IMG/VR virus record: IMGVR_UViG_3300012983_000037
Span: 35,870-99,869 of that record
Source: a virus
Taxonomy: Duplodnaviria; Caudoviricetes
Length of the DNA: 64,000 nt
Direction: 5' to 3' (one strand)
The notes beneath the pieces are model-generated. The model did no database searches and was not told the DNA's origin. It was given only the letters and a program-made list of their open reading frames with translations. The position numbers and the translations under genes are program-made. Each line of letters starts with the position of its first letter. Positions within the stretch are counted from its first letter, which is position 1. Of the stretch, positions 1 through 11,600 are shown in pieces.

Positions 1-2
1 TA

Positions 3-1865
3 GATCCTAGATATAAATGTTTGGGCATACACTACCTTGTTAATGGTGGGGATGAAAATGAAATTATATCACATCTTGATAAGGAGATTGCTAAACTTGA
101 GGATAGTGGTATTGATTTTACAGAAGAGCTAAAAAGATATACTGTCTTTGCACTTGTAACATCTGCAAAAAATAAAGCACCTAATACTTTTAATTTTGCA
201 TTTAGACTGTCTAGTACACCATCTGGTATTGAGTATAGGAAAGTAAAAGATGTTGGAGGAATAGAAACAACAACTAATACTTATGGAATATCAATGATTG
301 GATTTACTACTTCAGATGATGATGAGAATAATGTAAAACTGAAAAATGTATTAAAACTTAGAAATAATTCTATAGTATGGGGAACTAAAACCATATATGA
401 AGAAGGAATAATAGATGTTAATACTCCTGAATATCCATATTTATATATGGCTGAATTATATAGAAATATCCCATATCATAGTTTATACGGTGGATATGAA
501 GAAAATGATCTAGAGAAAATAAATTGGATTCCAATATCAGACTCTACTAAATTTACAGAAACTGCTAAACAGATGGAGGGTGATACTTACTATCAAAGAT
601 GGGATTGTATGAAAACATATCCATTTACTGAAGAGTCTACTAATAAAGTAGTGGATATAACATCATTTATGGTAGAAACTCATATTAATCTTGATGGCAG
701 ATGTGATGTTAATAGGGGAAATGATAATCTATTAAATTCAAGACCTACTAACTTTGGACTACTTAATACTTCATATACACAAGATGATAATGTGTTTAGA
801 TATAATGTCCTCGATGAAAAGTTTAAACTTAATAAATTTAGTAATCAGATAACATGGTCACTTACTAAGAGTCCTACTGAGGATATAGATTCTTGGACAG
901 GAATTACTTTGAATTCATCTATATATCTTGATGGTTCGTATGGTAGGGTAACAAAGCTTCTAAATGTGAATGATAATATAGTAGCATTCCAAGAAAAAGG
1001 AATATCCACTATTCAGTACAATGAAAGAGTTCAAATTTCAACAGAATCTGGTGCTCCTGTAGAGATACAGAATAATAATAAGGTTACTGGTTATGACTAT
1101 ATAACTAATAATTATGGATGTAGGAATAAATTTAGTATAGTCTCAACAAAGACTGGTGTGTACTTTATAGATGAACTAAATAAGACTTTTAGTAAATTTA
1201 GTAAGGACGGTATAGTAGATGTGTCTAGTCAAGGTATGGCATCTTGGTTTAAGAATAATGATATACAGTATTTTAAATCATTCTATGATGGTATAACTCA
1301 TGATATCTATTTAATAGATGTTGATGCTTGTCTAGTATTTAATGAAGATCTAAATAGATTCTCTTCATTCTTTGATTATGAAGGATCATCATTTATTTTT
1401 AATAACGATGGAAGTTCTTTCATTTATAATGATAAGTTCTATGAGATGTTTAAAGGTGAATATGGTGTTGGACTTAATAACAGTCCAATGAGATATTGGG
1501 TAGAATATAGAGTAAATCCAGAACCTTATATTGATAAGACATTTACTAATATAGAATTTATAGCTGACATTCTAGACCCAGAAGATGATATAAATAGTCC
1601 TCATACTGAATCTGATGAAGATGTTCCTTTTAATAAGTTAGATGTATGGAACTCTTATCAAAGAGGTTCTTCTACTCTTAGCAGAAAACTAATGGGACCT
1701 CTCGCTAAAAAGTTTAGAATATGGAGAGTTCAAATTCCTAGAGATGATAATTCTAAATTCAAACAAGATAGGATTAGAAGTCCTTGGATGCATTTGAGAT
1801 TGTCTAATAGTCCTACTAATAAGAAGATGGTATTCCATAATCTTATAGTGAAATACTTTAAGTAG
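3..1865 (+). CDS. Tail nozzle/muzzle (tail stabilisation) protein, C-terminal part; truncated by window edge
   Basis: Frame open from window start; beta-propeller-like sequence, motifs GDTYYQRWDC and KKFRIWRVQIPRD typical of crAss-like tail proteins; lies just before cargo genes. Confidence 0.7.
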   Translation, partial: DPRYKCLGIHYLVNGGDENEIISHLDKEIAKLEDSGIDFTEELKRYTVFALVTSAKNKAPNTFNFAFRLSSTPSGIEYRKVKDVGGIETTTNTYGISMIGFTTSDDDENNVKLKNVLKLRNNSIVWGTKTIYEEGIIDVNTPEYPYLYMAELYRNIPYHSLYGGYEENDLEKINWIPISDSTKFTETAKQMEGDTYYQRWDCMKTYPFTEESTNKVVDITSFMVETHINLDGRCDVNRGNDNLLNSRPTNFGLLNTSYTQDDNVFRYNVLDEKFKLNKFSNQITWSLTKSPTEDIDSWTGITLNSSIYLDGSYGRVTKLLNVNDNIVAFQEKGISTIQYNERVQISTESGAPVEIQNNNKVTGYDYITNNYGCRNKFSIVSTKTGVYFIDELNKTFSKFSKDGIVDVSSQGMASWFKNNDIQYFKSFYDGITHDIYLIDVDACLVFNEDLNRFSSFFDYEGSSFIFNNDGSSFIYNDKFYEMFKGEYGVGLNNSPMRYWVEYRVNPEPYIDKTFTNIEFIADILDPEDDINSPHTESDEDVPFNKLDVWNSYQRGSSTLSRKLMGPLAKKFRIWRVQIPRDDNSKFKQDRIRSPWMHLRLSNSPTNKKMVFHNLIVKYFK

Positions 1866-1870
1866 ATTTT

Positions 1871-1910
1871 AGGGGAGTGAATAAATTTTTTATTCATTCC
1901 CTTAATTTTT
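1871..1910 (+). terminator. Intrinsic terminator-like hairpin
   Basis: AGGGGAGTGAATAAA...TTTATTCATTCCCTT hairpin followed by AATTTTT after the tail gene stop. Confidence 0.55.
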
Positions 1911-1920
1911 AATTAAAATA

Positions 1921-1952
1921 CTTGCTAATTATAAAATAAATGTTTAGATTTG
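1921..1952 (+). promoter_or_regulatory. Bacteroidota housekeeping-sigma type promoter (-33 CTTG / -7 TAGATTTG)
   Basis: CTTG-N20-TAGATTTG fits the TTTG-N19-21-TAnnTTTG consensus, 20 nt before ATG 1973. Confidence 0.7.
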
Positions 1953-1972
1953 CACAATAAATTAATACAGAA

Positions 1973-4444
1973 ATGGCTAATTGGAATAAAAAATCAAAAG
2001 AAGTAGCTCAAAGGGCATTCAAAGCTGAGAACTTAGGTAGTACAATTTCAGAACTTGCTGGAGGTATTACAGGTATAGCAGATGCTGGAATTGAGAATGC
2101 TCAAATAGCAGATACTGGTGGAATACATAGCAGTATAAATGATACAGCAAATACAGAATTTGCATATGACAGCTATGACTCTTTACTTGCTGGGTATAAT
2201 CCATATGCATTACAATCAGGTGACTTTTCTCAAAAAGATGTTAGAGGAGCTACTGGTGGTGAGATGGCTATGAATACTATCTCAGGAACTCTTAGTGGTG
2301 CTGCAGCAGGTGCTCAAGTTGGAGGTCCTTGGGGAGCTATAGCAGGTGCTGCTGTTGGATTAGGTAGTGGTTTAGCTGGTATATTTTCTGGTAATGCTAA
2401 AGCAAGAAGAGAGGCTAACTTACTTAATGCAAAGGCTGAAAATGCTAATAGGCAATACATGCAAAACTTTGCATTGAATGCATCAAATATAGGTCAAGGA
2501 ATGTTTAATAGTGCTGCATTGAATCTAGCAGCAGAAGGTGGACAGCTTGATATATATGACCAATCAAAAGTTAATGCTAAGAATTTTAAAATGAAACATA
2601 AAAAATCAAGATACAAAGGCTTTGGTAATTACTATGCTTATGGTGGACAAATGATGTCAGGAGACTGGTCTAATGGTGTAGTAACAATTAATAAAGGAGA
2701 TACTCATGAAAGAAATCCTTTAGGTGGAGTTCTTATGGGAATAGACCCACAGGGTGTTCCTAATTTAGTAGAGGAAGGTGAAGTTATATTTAATGACTAT
2801 GTGTACTCTAACAGACTTAAACCTACTACTAAGCAATTAGAAGGAATGCATTTAGACCCTAAATTAGAAGGACTAACATTTGCAGAAGCAGCTAAGAAGA
2901 TTCAAGAGGAATCAGAATTAAGGCCTATGGATAACATATCTAAGAATACACTAGTAGATGGACTCACTAAACTAACCGTGATGCAAGAGGAAATTAGAAT
3001 GAAGAAGGAAAGAGCTAGGATGCTAAGAATGTTAAGACATATGGCTATACAAGAGCCACAAGAACCTCAAGAAATGCAGGAAGAGGTTCCTGGAGAAGGT
3101 GATCAAATGGCTATGGAAAATCAAGGTGCTCAAATGCCAGAAGCCCAATTCTCAGAAAGAACACCTAGAGCATATAAACAAATTCAAGAAGAAATGCCTG
3201 AACAATATGCCCATGGTGGAATGTTAGCTAATTATTTTGATGATGGTAGTAAACTTCCTCTTATTAGTAACAGTATTACTGATTTTGAATACTGGGATGC
3301 TGCTAATAATGATTATAATAGTGAATATAAGAATTGGATAAACAATACTGACTTATCTACTACAGCTAAATGGGCAGAATTAAGTAAGTTATATAAGGAT
3401 ACTTTTGGTACTGATCTTGATGTTGCTACTGCAAGAAGACTTGCTTTGGATGGAAAATATGGTAGATTCCATACTATGGTTGGTGATATGTATAAAACTC
3501 ATTTAGCAAGTTTACAGCCAGCAGATGAAACTGAAGGACCAGTAGCTATAGATCCAGTAACAAGATATATCCTTAAAGGAGCTGATGCTAATGGACTACC
3601 TGTAGAGTCTGAAATAACAGATTATGACCCTAATAGTGGTAAATATAAATTCTTAAACACTTCAGTTAAAGATAATGTAACTACTCATTATTTTAGTGCT
3701 AAGCCAGAGACACCTGAATCAGAGGGTGATACTCCTGTAGTACCTCTTGGAGATTACCCTAAAACTAATTTACTTCAATATGCACCAGCAATAGGAGGTA
3801 CTCTAACTACATTAGCTAGTTTATTCCAAAAGCCTGATACTACAAATGCAGATTTATTAGCAAAGTCTAGAAAAAATGTAAGAAGGATAAAATCAAATCC
3901 TATAGGTGGATATGCCGAATTTAATCCTTATGATGTTAATCTACAGCAGTTAAAGCTTGATAATTTAGCAGCTGGTAATATGAGAAATGCTATTAACTCA
4001 TCATCAGGTAATAGGGCAGCAGCAATGGTAGATTTACTAGCAATGAATAATCAGAGAGCATCTCAAAGTGGAGATATATATAGACAAGCATTAGAAGCTA
4101 ATGATGAACAAAGATTAAAAGTATTAGCACATAATGCAGAGATAGATAAATTTAACTCACAGGCAGATCTTACAGCTTCTCACTATAATCAGGCTGCTGA
4201 TTTACAGCTTCTTGATAATGTTCATAAAGAATTAGAAATGAGAGATACTGAAGCTATAAACCTTTCAAATACTAGAAACTCAAATATTAAAACAATGTTT
4301 GAAAATATAGGAGAAATAGGCAATACTTTATATTCAGGAGCCCAAGAGAAGTGGTTAATAGATAGAGGATATGTACCTAGTGTAGGATCTATACGTGCTA
4401 ACGGTGGTAGAATTAGAAGGAGTAAAAGAAAAAGAAAATGTTAA
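1973..4444 (+). CDS. Virion cargo/ejection protein 1 (crAss001 gp45-like)
   Basis: 823 aa; Gly/Ala-rich hydrophobic segment GAQVGGPWGAIAGAAVGLG, THERNPLGGV motif, repeated AxGG motifs; directly after muzzle gene. Confidence 0.7.
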   Translation: MANWNKKSKEVAQRAFKAENLGSTISELAGGITGIADAGIENAQIADTGGIHSSINDTANTEFAYDSYDSLLAGYNPYALQSGDFSQKDVRGATGGEMAMNTISGTLSGAAAGAQVGGPWGAIAGAAVGLGSGLAGIFSGNAKARREANLLNAKAENANRQYMQNFALNASNIGQGMFNSAALNLAAEGGQLDIYDQSKVNAKNFKMKHKKSRYKGFGNYYAYGGQMMSGDWSNGVVTINKGDTHERNPLGGVLMGIDPQGVPNLVEEGEVIFNDYVYSNRLKPTTKQLEGMHLDPKLEGLTFAEAAKKIQEESELRPMDNISKNTLVDGLTKLTVMQEEIRMKKERARMLRMLRHMAIQEPQEPQEMQEEVPGEGDQMAMENQGAQMPEAQFSERTPRAYKQIQEEMPEQYAHGGMLANYFDDGSKLPLISNSITDFEYWDAANNDYNSEYKNWINNTDLSTTAKWAELSKLYKDTFGTDLDVATARRLALDGKYGRFHTMVGDMYKTHLASLQPADETEGPVAIDPVTRYILKGADANGLPVESEITDYDPNSGKYKFLNTSVKDNVTTHYFSAKPETPESEGDTPVVPLGDYPKTNLLQYAPAIGGTLTTLASLFQKPDTTNADLLAKSRKNVRRIKSNPIGGYAEFNPYDVNLQQLKLDNLAAGNMRNAINSSSGNRAAAMVDLLAMNNQRASQSGDIYRQALEANDEQRLKVLAHNAEIDKFNSQADLTASHYNQAADLQLLDNVHKELEMRDTEAINLSNTRNSNIKTMFENIGEIGNTLYSGAQEKWLIDRGYVPSVGSIRANGGRIRRSKRKRKC

Positions 4445-4450
4445 TTAGTT

Positions 4451-5635
4451 ATGTCTAAATATTTAGAAGCAACACCAAAGTATACAGGAGTAACTCTAGA
4501 ACAAAGGTTAAAACCATTGGTCCTTTATAAGGATGAATATGATAAGCAGCAAGATGCTTATGATAAACTTTTAGAGGATACCCTTGTACTTGAAAATATA
4601 AAAGACTCTGAAGTAGATGCTGATTTATATAGGAACTACTCAGATTGGAGAGAAAAGCTTAATACATCAGCAGACTCTCTAGCATCTACAGGAATGTTGG
4701 ATATGCAGTCTCTAAGAGATTTAAGAAGGGAGTATATAAATACTTACAAACCAATGGAGGATAAATATAAGCATAGAGCTAATCTTATATTTAAACAAGC
4801 ATCAGAAGCTGGACCTGATGTAATATATAAAAGAGATTTTTCAAGAGTACCTCTTGAAGAAATTGAACTATCAGATGCTATTGAAAGTCAAAATCTTTCA
4901 GAATTATACACATCGTATACTAAAAGATGGTCAGCAGACTTTTTTGCTTCAGGTATTCCAGAAGGTAATGATGCTGAAGAAATAACAGTGGATAATGCAA
5001 TAGAAGAAATGGGATTATCAGGATACTCTGATACAGATATTGAAAGAATAAGGGAAACACTGCATGATGCCTATAATGCTGGAATTACAGGAGCAACTAA
5101 TCTTGAATTAGATAGAAGTATTAATGAAGAGAGATTAAAAGAAGCAAGAAATCCTAGTAGTACTGGTGATACAACCAACTTACTAACTTCAAGTACATAT
5201 ACAGATTCAGCAACAGGAGAATCTTATACAGTAATAAAGAAGAATGGTAAATACTATGCACCAGACGGTGTAACTGAAATCCCTGAAATGCATCTTCGTA
5301 GATACTACTCTAAATATTTTACAGATCCTGTAGTTAATGCTAAATACTCATTTGAAGGTACTAAAACAGTAAGATATAATCCTTTGGATGAAAGTACTAC
5401 GTCAGTACCTTCTGCAGTGAGTGATGCAAAAACAGTTGCCATTATTAATAAGTGGTATGGAGATAATAATAGCTGTGCATCTACTAGTCCAGCGTATGTA
5501 ACAGCTGCTGATGCTGCTGCAAAGAAATTAGGATTTGATTTAAAAGGATTATTTGCACATGGGTATACTGTAACAGTTAAAGAGACAGGTACTGGAAATA
5601 CTACTGCATACTTTATAGAAATTAATAAGATTTAA
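4451..5635 (+). CDS. Putative virion cargo protein 2
   Basis: 394 aa with helical N-terminus, between cargo 1 and the giant protein. Confidence 0.5.
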   Translation: MSKYLEATPKYTGVTLEQRLKPLVLYKDEYDKQQDAYDKLLEDTLVLENIKDSEVDADLYRNYSDWREKLNTSADSLASTGMLDMQSLRDLRREYINTYKPMEDKYKHRANLIFKQASEAGPDVIYKRDFSRVPLEEIELSDAIESQNLSELYTSYTKRWSADFFASGIPEGNDAEEITVDNAIEEMGLSGYSDTDIERIRETLHDAYNAGITGATNLELDRSINEERLKEARNPSSTGDTTNLLTSSTYTDSATGESYTVIKKNGKYYAPDGVTEIPEMHLRRYYSKYFTDPVVNAKYSFEGTKTVRYNPLDESTTSVPSAVSDAKTVAIINKWYGDNNSCASTSPAYVTAADAAAKKLGFDLKGLFAHGYTVTVKETGTGNTTAYFIEINKI

Positions 5636-5636
5636 T

Positions 5637-8600
5637 ATGGGAAATCCTCAAAGTAATATAAAAGAACTAGAGCAAAAACTAGGAAAATATAATAACAGTT
5701 TAAATAATATAAAAGACTTTAGTGCTGAAGATTATTATAATTATGTGGATGATAATTATAATTATTTTGCAAGTACTGGAGAAGATCCTAGTGTTTACTA
5801 TGCAAGAAAAGTATTTGGTGAAAAGACTACAGAAGCTGGTGGTACTTACGATCAGGAGTATGCTAAAAAATTAACATTAGATCAATTAATATCTGCTATA
5901 GACTCTGTATCAAATGCTGGAAGTATTAAACCTGTGGATACTGAAAATGAAGAAGAAACTGTTAGTAATGTACTAGATGATGATAGTAATACTCCCGCTG
6001 TACCTCTAGTACCTGTAAAAGATCCAATAGCAGAACATGTAGATAGTCTAGAGTTCGATTTTACAAGACCCTTATTTGAAGAAGCTTTTCCAGAGTATTC
6101 CTTTTTAAGTGGTGTAGATGATAAGCCTATAACTTCTATAGTAGAGAGAAGGTATAGTGGAGACCCTAGATCAATGAATTATATAAGGGATGAGGTTGAA
6201 TTTGCAGACAGTCATCATTATGCTGGTGATAAATACTATGATAATCCAGGAGAAGCAAGATACACACTTGCTTCTCTTGAAGCTACTCAAACAGGTAAAT
6301 CAATAAATAGCACTTTGTCAAGTAAGTATGGTACATCTGATTCTGATATATTAGGTATGGATGTCCCAGATGAGATGCTTCAATATGTTATAAAATACTC
6401 AGATTTAGATTGGGAAAACCTAACACCTTCAGAGGAGTTGGTAGAAATGATGAATAGTGAAGGTAGGGTTCAAGGGGGTAAACCTTTAACTCTTGCAGAA
6501 CTTAAGAAGATTAAAAAAGAGTATGATAAATCTAAATTATACAAAGAAGAGTTAGCAACACGAGAAAAGCATAAAAAGCAAAGAGAAGCTTTTGGTAAAC
6601 TACCTGGACCTGAGCAGGATAGAATAATGAGAGAATATACAACTCTTAGAGATGAGTATAATAAAGAAGCTTTATCTCAAGAAGAGTTAAGTTATCTTTT
6701 CGAAAGAATTAATGTAGAAAAAGCAACTGGTACTGCTGAAGGAAAGACCGCTGATGACTATTATTCTGAGATACTGCAAAAAATAATGGGAGGATCCTAC
6801 ACTACTAAAGTACCTATGCGTGATGGTTCTGTAAAAGATGTAACTATTAGAATTAATCCTGATATATATGTAAAGCTTTATGATGAATTAGGATCAGCTG
6901 TTAGCCAGTATTATAAAGATAATTATTCAAATACTGATTATAATAGTGCAGAATACATGGCAAAACTACAAGAGGTGGCATACTTCTTAGCAAACTCTGC
7001 ACTTAATGGTGAAGAAGCTGCAGTAGGTAAACTTGCTGAAGTTTTAAATCCTAAAGTTGTAACAGTACACGAAAGTTTACCTTGGTGGCAACATGCTCTT
7101 ACTTTTGGAGCCTATACAGACTCTGGTTGGGGACATGCTCTTTTAGGATTTAAGAAAAACATAATCTCAACTGGAGCTTATCTTTTAGGAGTACTAGAAG
7201 GTACTGGAGTAGCTGCATATGACTTGTTTGGTGGAGATACCCCTGAATATATGAAGGATTTAGGATTCTTTGAAAGATGGGGTGCTTACATAGGAACTAG
7301 TAATATGTCAGAATGGGGATATGGTATTCAGAATACAGGTTTATTACCATTCCACGATCAGTATGATTTAGCATTAGAACATGGTGTAGATGTTACAAGA
7401 TATGATGGTCATTGGGCTGGATTCTGGAATTTTATGGGAGATACAGGATTTAGTACAGCGGCTGCTATACTTTCTGGTGGAGCAACAGCACTAGCTAGAT
7501 GGAGCACAAAACAATTTAGCAAATTAACTGCTAAGGCAGTAGCTAAAGAAGTAATGAAACAAACTACAGCTAATACTATAAATAAGACAGCTGGAATACT
7601 TACTACAATAGGAGCTGCTACTCTTGTTGCAGCACCTGAGGCAATAGGTAATGGTTTGGATGTATATCATAGTGTAGTAAATAAAGGTTTAGATTTACTT
7701 AATAAAGATATTCAAAAAAAGGTAAATAATGACTTTACATTAAAAGAAGGTTATGGAATATCTTTGAATCCTGAAGATCTTAAAAATGCATTTAATGATA
7801 AGGAAATATACAATTACTTAAAAAATAACTCATCTATATTAGATGAGATGGAAGAGTTTTACACTTTCATGCAATCAGATGAGTTTAAAGAAGGTTATGC
7901 TAAAGGTGAATATACTCAAGAGTGGATTAATGCTAACTATAGTATCCTAGTAGAAAAACTAGATAAAGAACTAAATAAAGCAAAAGAAGTTTGGGGCGAT
8001 ACTAAGTATTCTGATTTTATCAAACAGAGTGAGCAGACTATAGAAACTAATGCTTGGCAATCATTTGCAGGAGCTGCGGCTGTTGACCTTGTAATTGTAT
8101 CTGTAACTGATTTATTTTTTAGTAAGGTGCTAGCACCTAGCCTAGGCAGTCTTGCAGACAGAGTAGGAATTCCAGGAAGACTTAATGGTAGAGGAAGGCT
8201 ACTTAACACAGTTATAACTGATGGAAATCCTATGGTAGAGGCTACTAAATATAATATGACTGGAAGATTTTTAACAGATGTTATCAGTGAAGGATTTGAA
8301 GAGTTAAATACTTATGCTACTGATGAAACTGCGAAAGCTCTTGGAATATTAGATATTAGTAATTACTTCTATAATAGTAATAGAGCAGAATCAGATGCTA
8401 CACTAGGCTATGGTATTTGGGAAAATATGTCAGCTGTAGCAGGAGCTTTTGGAGATGCTTGGTTTAGTAAGGAAGGTTGGAAGTGTTTTGGTCAAGGTGC
8501 TTTAGGAGCATTCGTTGGATCGTTAGGAGGATTTGCTGGATCTGGAACTAAGATGAAAGCAGATTTACAAATAGCTACAAATGGTTGGGAAAAATTCTCA

Positions 8601-11600
8601 GCAGTTGCAGGTAATATTTGGAGAAGTCCTATATTCTACCATACCATAGATAGAAGAAGACATATAGTAGAATCAAATAAAGCTGTTCAAGTTGTAACTG
8701 AACATCTAGAAAATAACCCTGAATTTGTAGAAGCTCTTAGTAGTACAGAGGCTGCACTTTCGTATATGAATAGATACTTTAATGCTCTTGTAAATGCAGA
8801 TGCTCTTGAGATGGAAGAGAATGAGTTTAGTATGTATGTAGCACAAGCTAATGTACTTGCAAAACTTAAAGGCACTACTGTAGGAGATGCATTCTTTAAA
8901 AGGATTAAAGAATTACAAGATGCTACCATAGATTCTGAACTTGGACAGCAGATTGCTGATAGGTATATTGAGCTGCTTGATGTTAGTGATAAATCGGAAT
9001 ATTTAGAAGATAAATCAAAGGCTCTTGAAGAAGCTAAGAAGAATATAAATAAGTTCGCAGAGGTTCAGAAAGGTGTAGTTGATATGCTATCTAAAATGGA
9101 TATAGATTATGGATATGCAGTAGATGATAGAACAAAAGAAGCTATTGCTTATACATATATGGCTCAAGAGAACAGGGAGAAGATGTTAGCTGAAAGAGAG
9201 GATATTATTAAAGAAGCTCTCACTAAGAAGTCTATTGCAAAAGATAAAACACCTATATCTGGATTATCAGAAGAGCAGAAGAATGCCGTTGCAAAATTTG
9301 GTACTTATGAGAATGCTGTAGCTGAATTGGAGAAATTAAAAGCTCAGAAGGCTAACAAATACCTTATACAGGAAGCTAAAGAGGCTGTTAAACTACTGAA
9401 GGAATTTAAAGATACTGAGACACCAGTACTTAATATAACTGAAATTCTTCAAATGTCACCATCTGAAAGAGCAGAATTCTTCAGGGGAAGAACTAAATTT
9501 TCAGAAAAACAAAAAGCTGTTATTAATAAATTTAAAGCTAGTGGTTTAGGTAGACATGTTCAAAGTGCAATAGAAGATGCTGGAAAAATTCAGGAAAAAC
9601 TAGATGCAAACCAATCTATTATAGATGGATTAGAAAGCAGTTCTGTTAACATATTTAGACTACAAAATACTGTATTAGCAAATAATTTAATAACAAGTGC
9701 TAGAAGAAAAGCAGGACATTTAAATACTGCTAATACATATGAGGAATTTAGTAAAGGTCTTGATGGATTAATTGAAACTGGAGTACTGACACCTGAGGAA
9801 AGTGCTATAATAGGAACCCATGTTATTACGGAAGATAAAGCTAAAGAGTTTTACAAAAAATATTCTAAAGAAATATCTGTAGCCCGTAGTAATAGAGTAA
9901 TGCTTCAAAAGCTAACTATTAAAGTATCAAATAAGAAAACCAAAGGTATTGTTATGGAGGTCCTAGAAAGGCTTAGTGGTCAGATGAGGAGTGAGGATGA
10001 TAGATATAAATTCAGTGATGCTGAGAATTTATTTACAGATGGTGGATTTATTGAGACTATTAAGACTAAGTATAAGGTTGATTGGAATACTGTAACAGAA
10101 AGAGAACAACATAGAATACTTTCAGAAGTTAAGAAGGGTATAGATGCTGCAAATAAAGCATTAACTAATAGACAGGATTTTAATACAAGATTTAATACAG
10201 GACATAAAGACAGACCTGCAAGAAGAAAGACTACTAAATATGATCTTTTTAATAGGGATGTATACGAAAGTGCTAAAGATATGTATGATATAATTTTTGG
10301 TAAGGTATCAAGAATTATTAAAGGTGAGAATGTTAAGCTAACACCTATGGAAGTATATCAATTAGCATGTTTGTTTGACGGTAATATGCTGACAGCACCT
10401 ATTGATGTAGATACTGTAGTAGTAAAAGGATTACCTACATCTTTAAAATCTGTGGAAGATCTTGCTACTTTAGCTAGAGTACTTGAAGGTAGAGCTGATA
10501 TATATGAAGATACTTACGATGTATTTGCACAGTTCTTAGATGGAGTAGTTAAGTGGATTGACATGTGCTCTGATACTGTTACACCATACCAAGTTATAGG
10601 TAGTGCAGCAGCGGAGTTAAATCCTTCAATGAAGGGACTGTTTGATAACAAGAGTAAGGAGGATGTTAAAAAATATGAAAGGGGTATAAATTTTAAAGAT
10701 GGTACTAGAGGTACAACTATTACAGTTATTCCTCCTGGAAATTCAGCACTTACAGAGGCTCAATCTAAATGGTATGAAGAAAATGGAGTAGAAGATAATA
10801 TTAAATACCTTCTAGACACTAGAAGTAGAAAAGATGTAAGACTCATATTAGTTAAGAACTCTGAATTGTATGAGGCTGAAGCTACTTACGATGATGATAA
10901 TCTTCCTTTGGCTGTAGCTGTAATAGTACCTAAAGGCACTAAAAATTCTGTAGAAGTTGACGGTGTAAACATTATATATGTAGGTATTGCAGGTAATAGT
11001 AGACAGGGTGTTTCTGAAAAAGCTAACATTCTAAATGCTATTAGAGATAATTTACTTGCTAATAATGACGATTCTAAATCTTGGGTAATTAGATACAGTG
11101 ATACAAATAATCCTGTAGAATTTGGTGGATGGAATTTTACATATCAAAAATACAAGGATGGTATAATTACAAATCTCAGAGAAAGAATACTAAGTAAATA
11201 CTCTCATCTAGAAGAGTCAGAAAGAGAGGAGGCTGCTTATAGAGACTTCTGTTTAAATACTGTAAAGGTAAATTGTAAGTATGATGTAGAAGATGGTGTA
11301 CAGGTATTTAAAATATCTTATACATGGAATGGTCAAGATTATACTGAAAAATTTAATGTTACAGAAGAAAAGGTAAAGGAACTTAATGAAAGTGGTAGAA
11401 CTGAGGATAAGTTCTCAATGATTGCTTATATTGAACCTAACAGTGCTAGTAATCAGCCTATATGTAACCTGTTAACATATGACTTCTATGATACATCTTA
11501 TTTAGGTAATAATATAGCAGAAGTATATGATTTAATACAGAAGGGTGAAATTAACATATTTAGTAAAGAATTTGAAGATTCACCTTTAGCATTAGTACAT

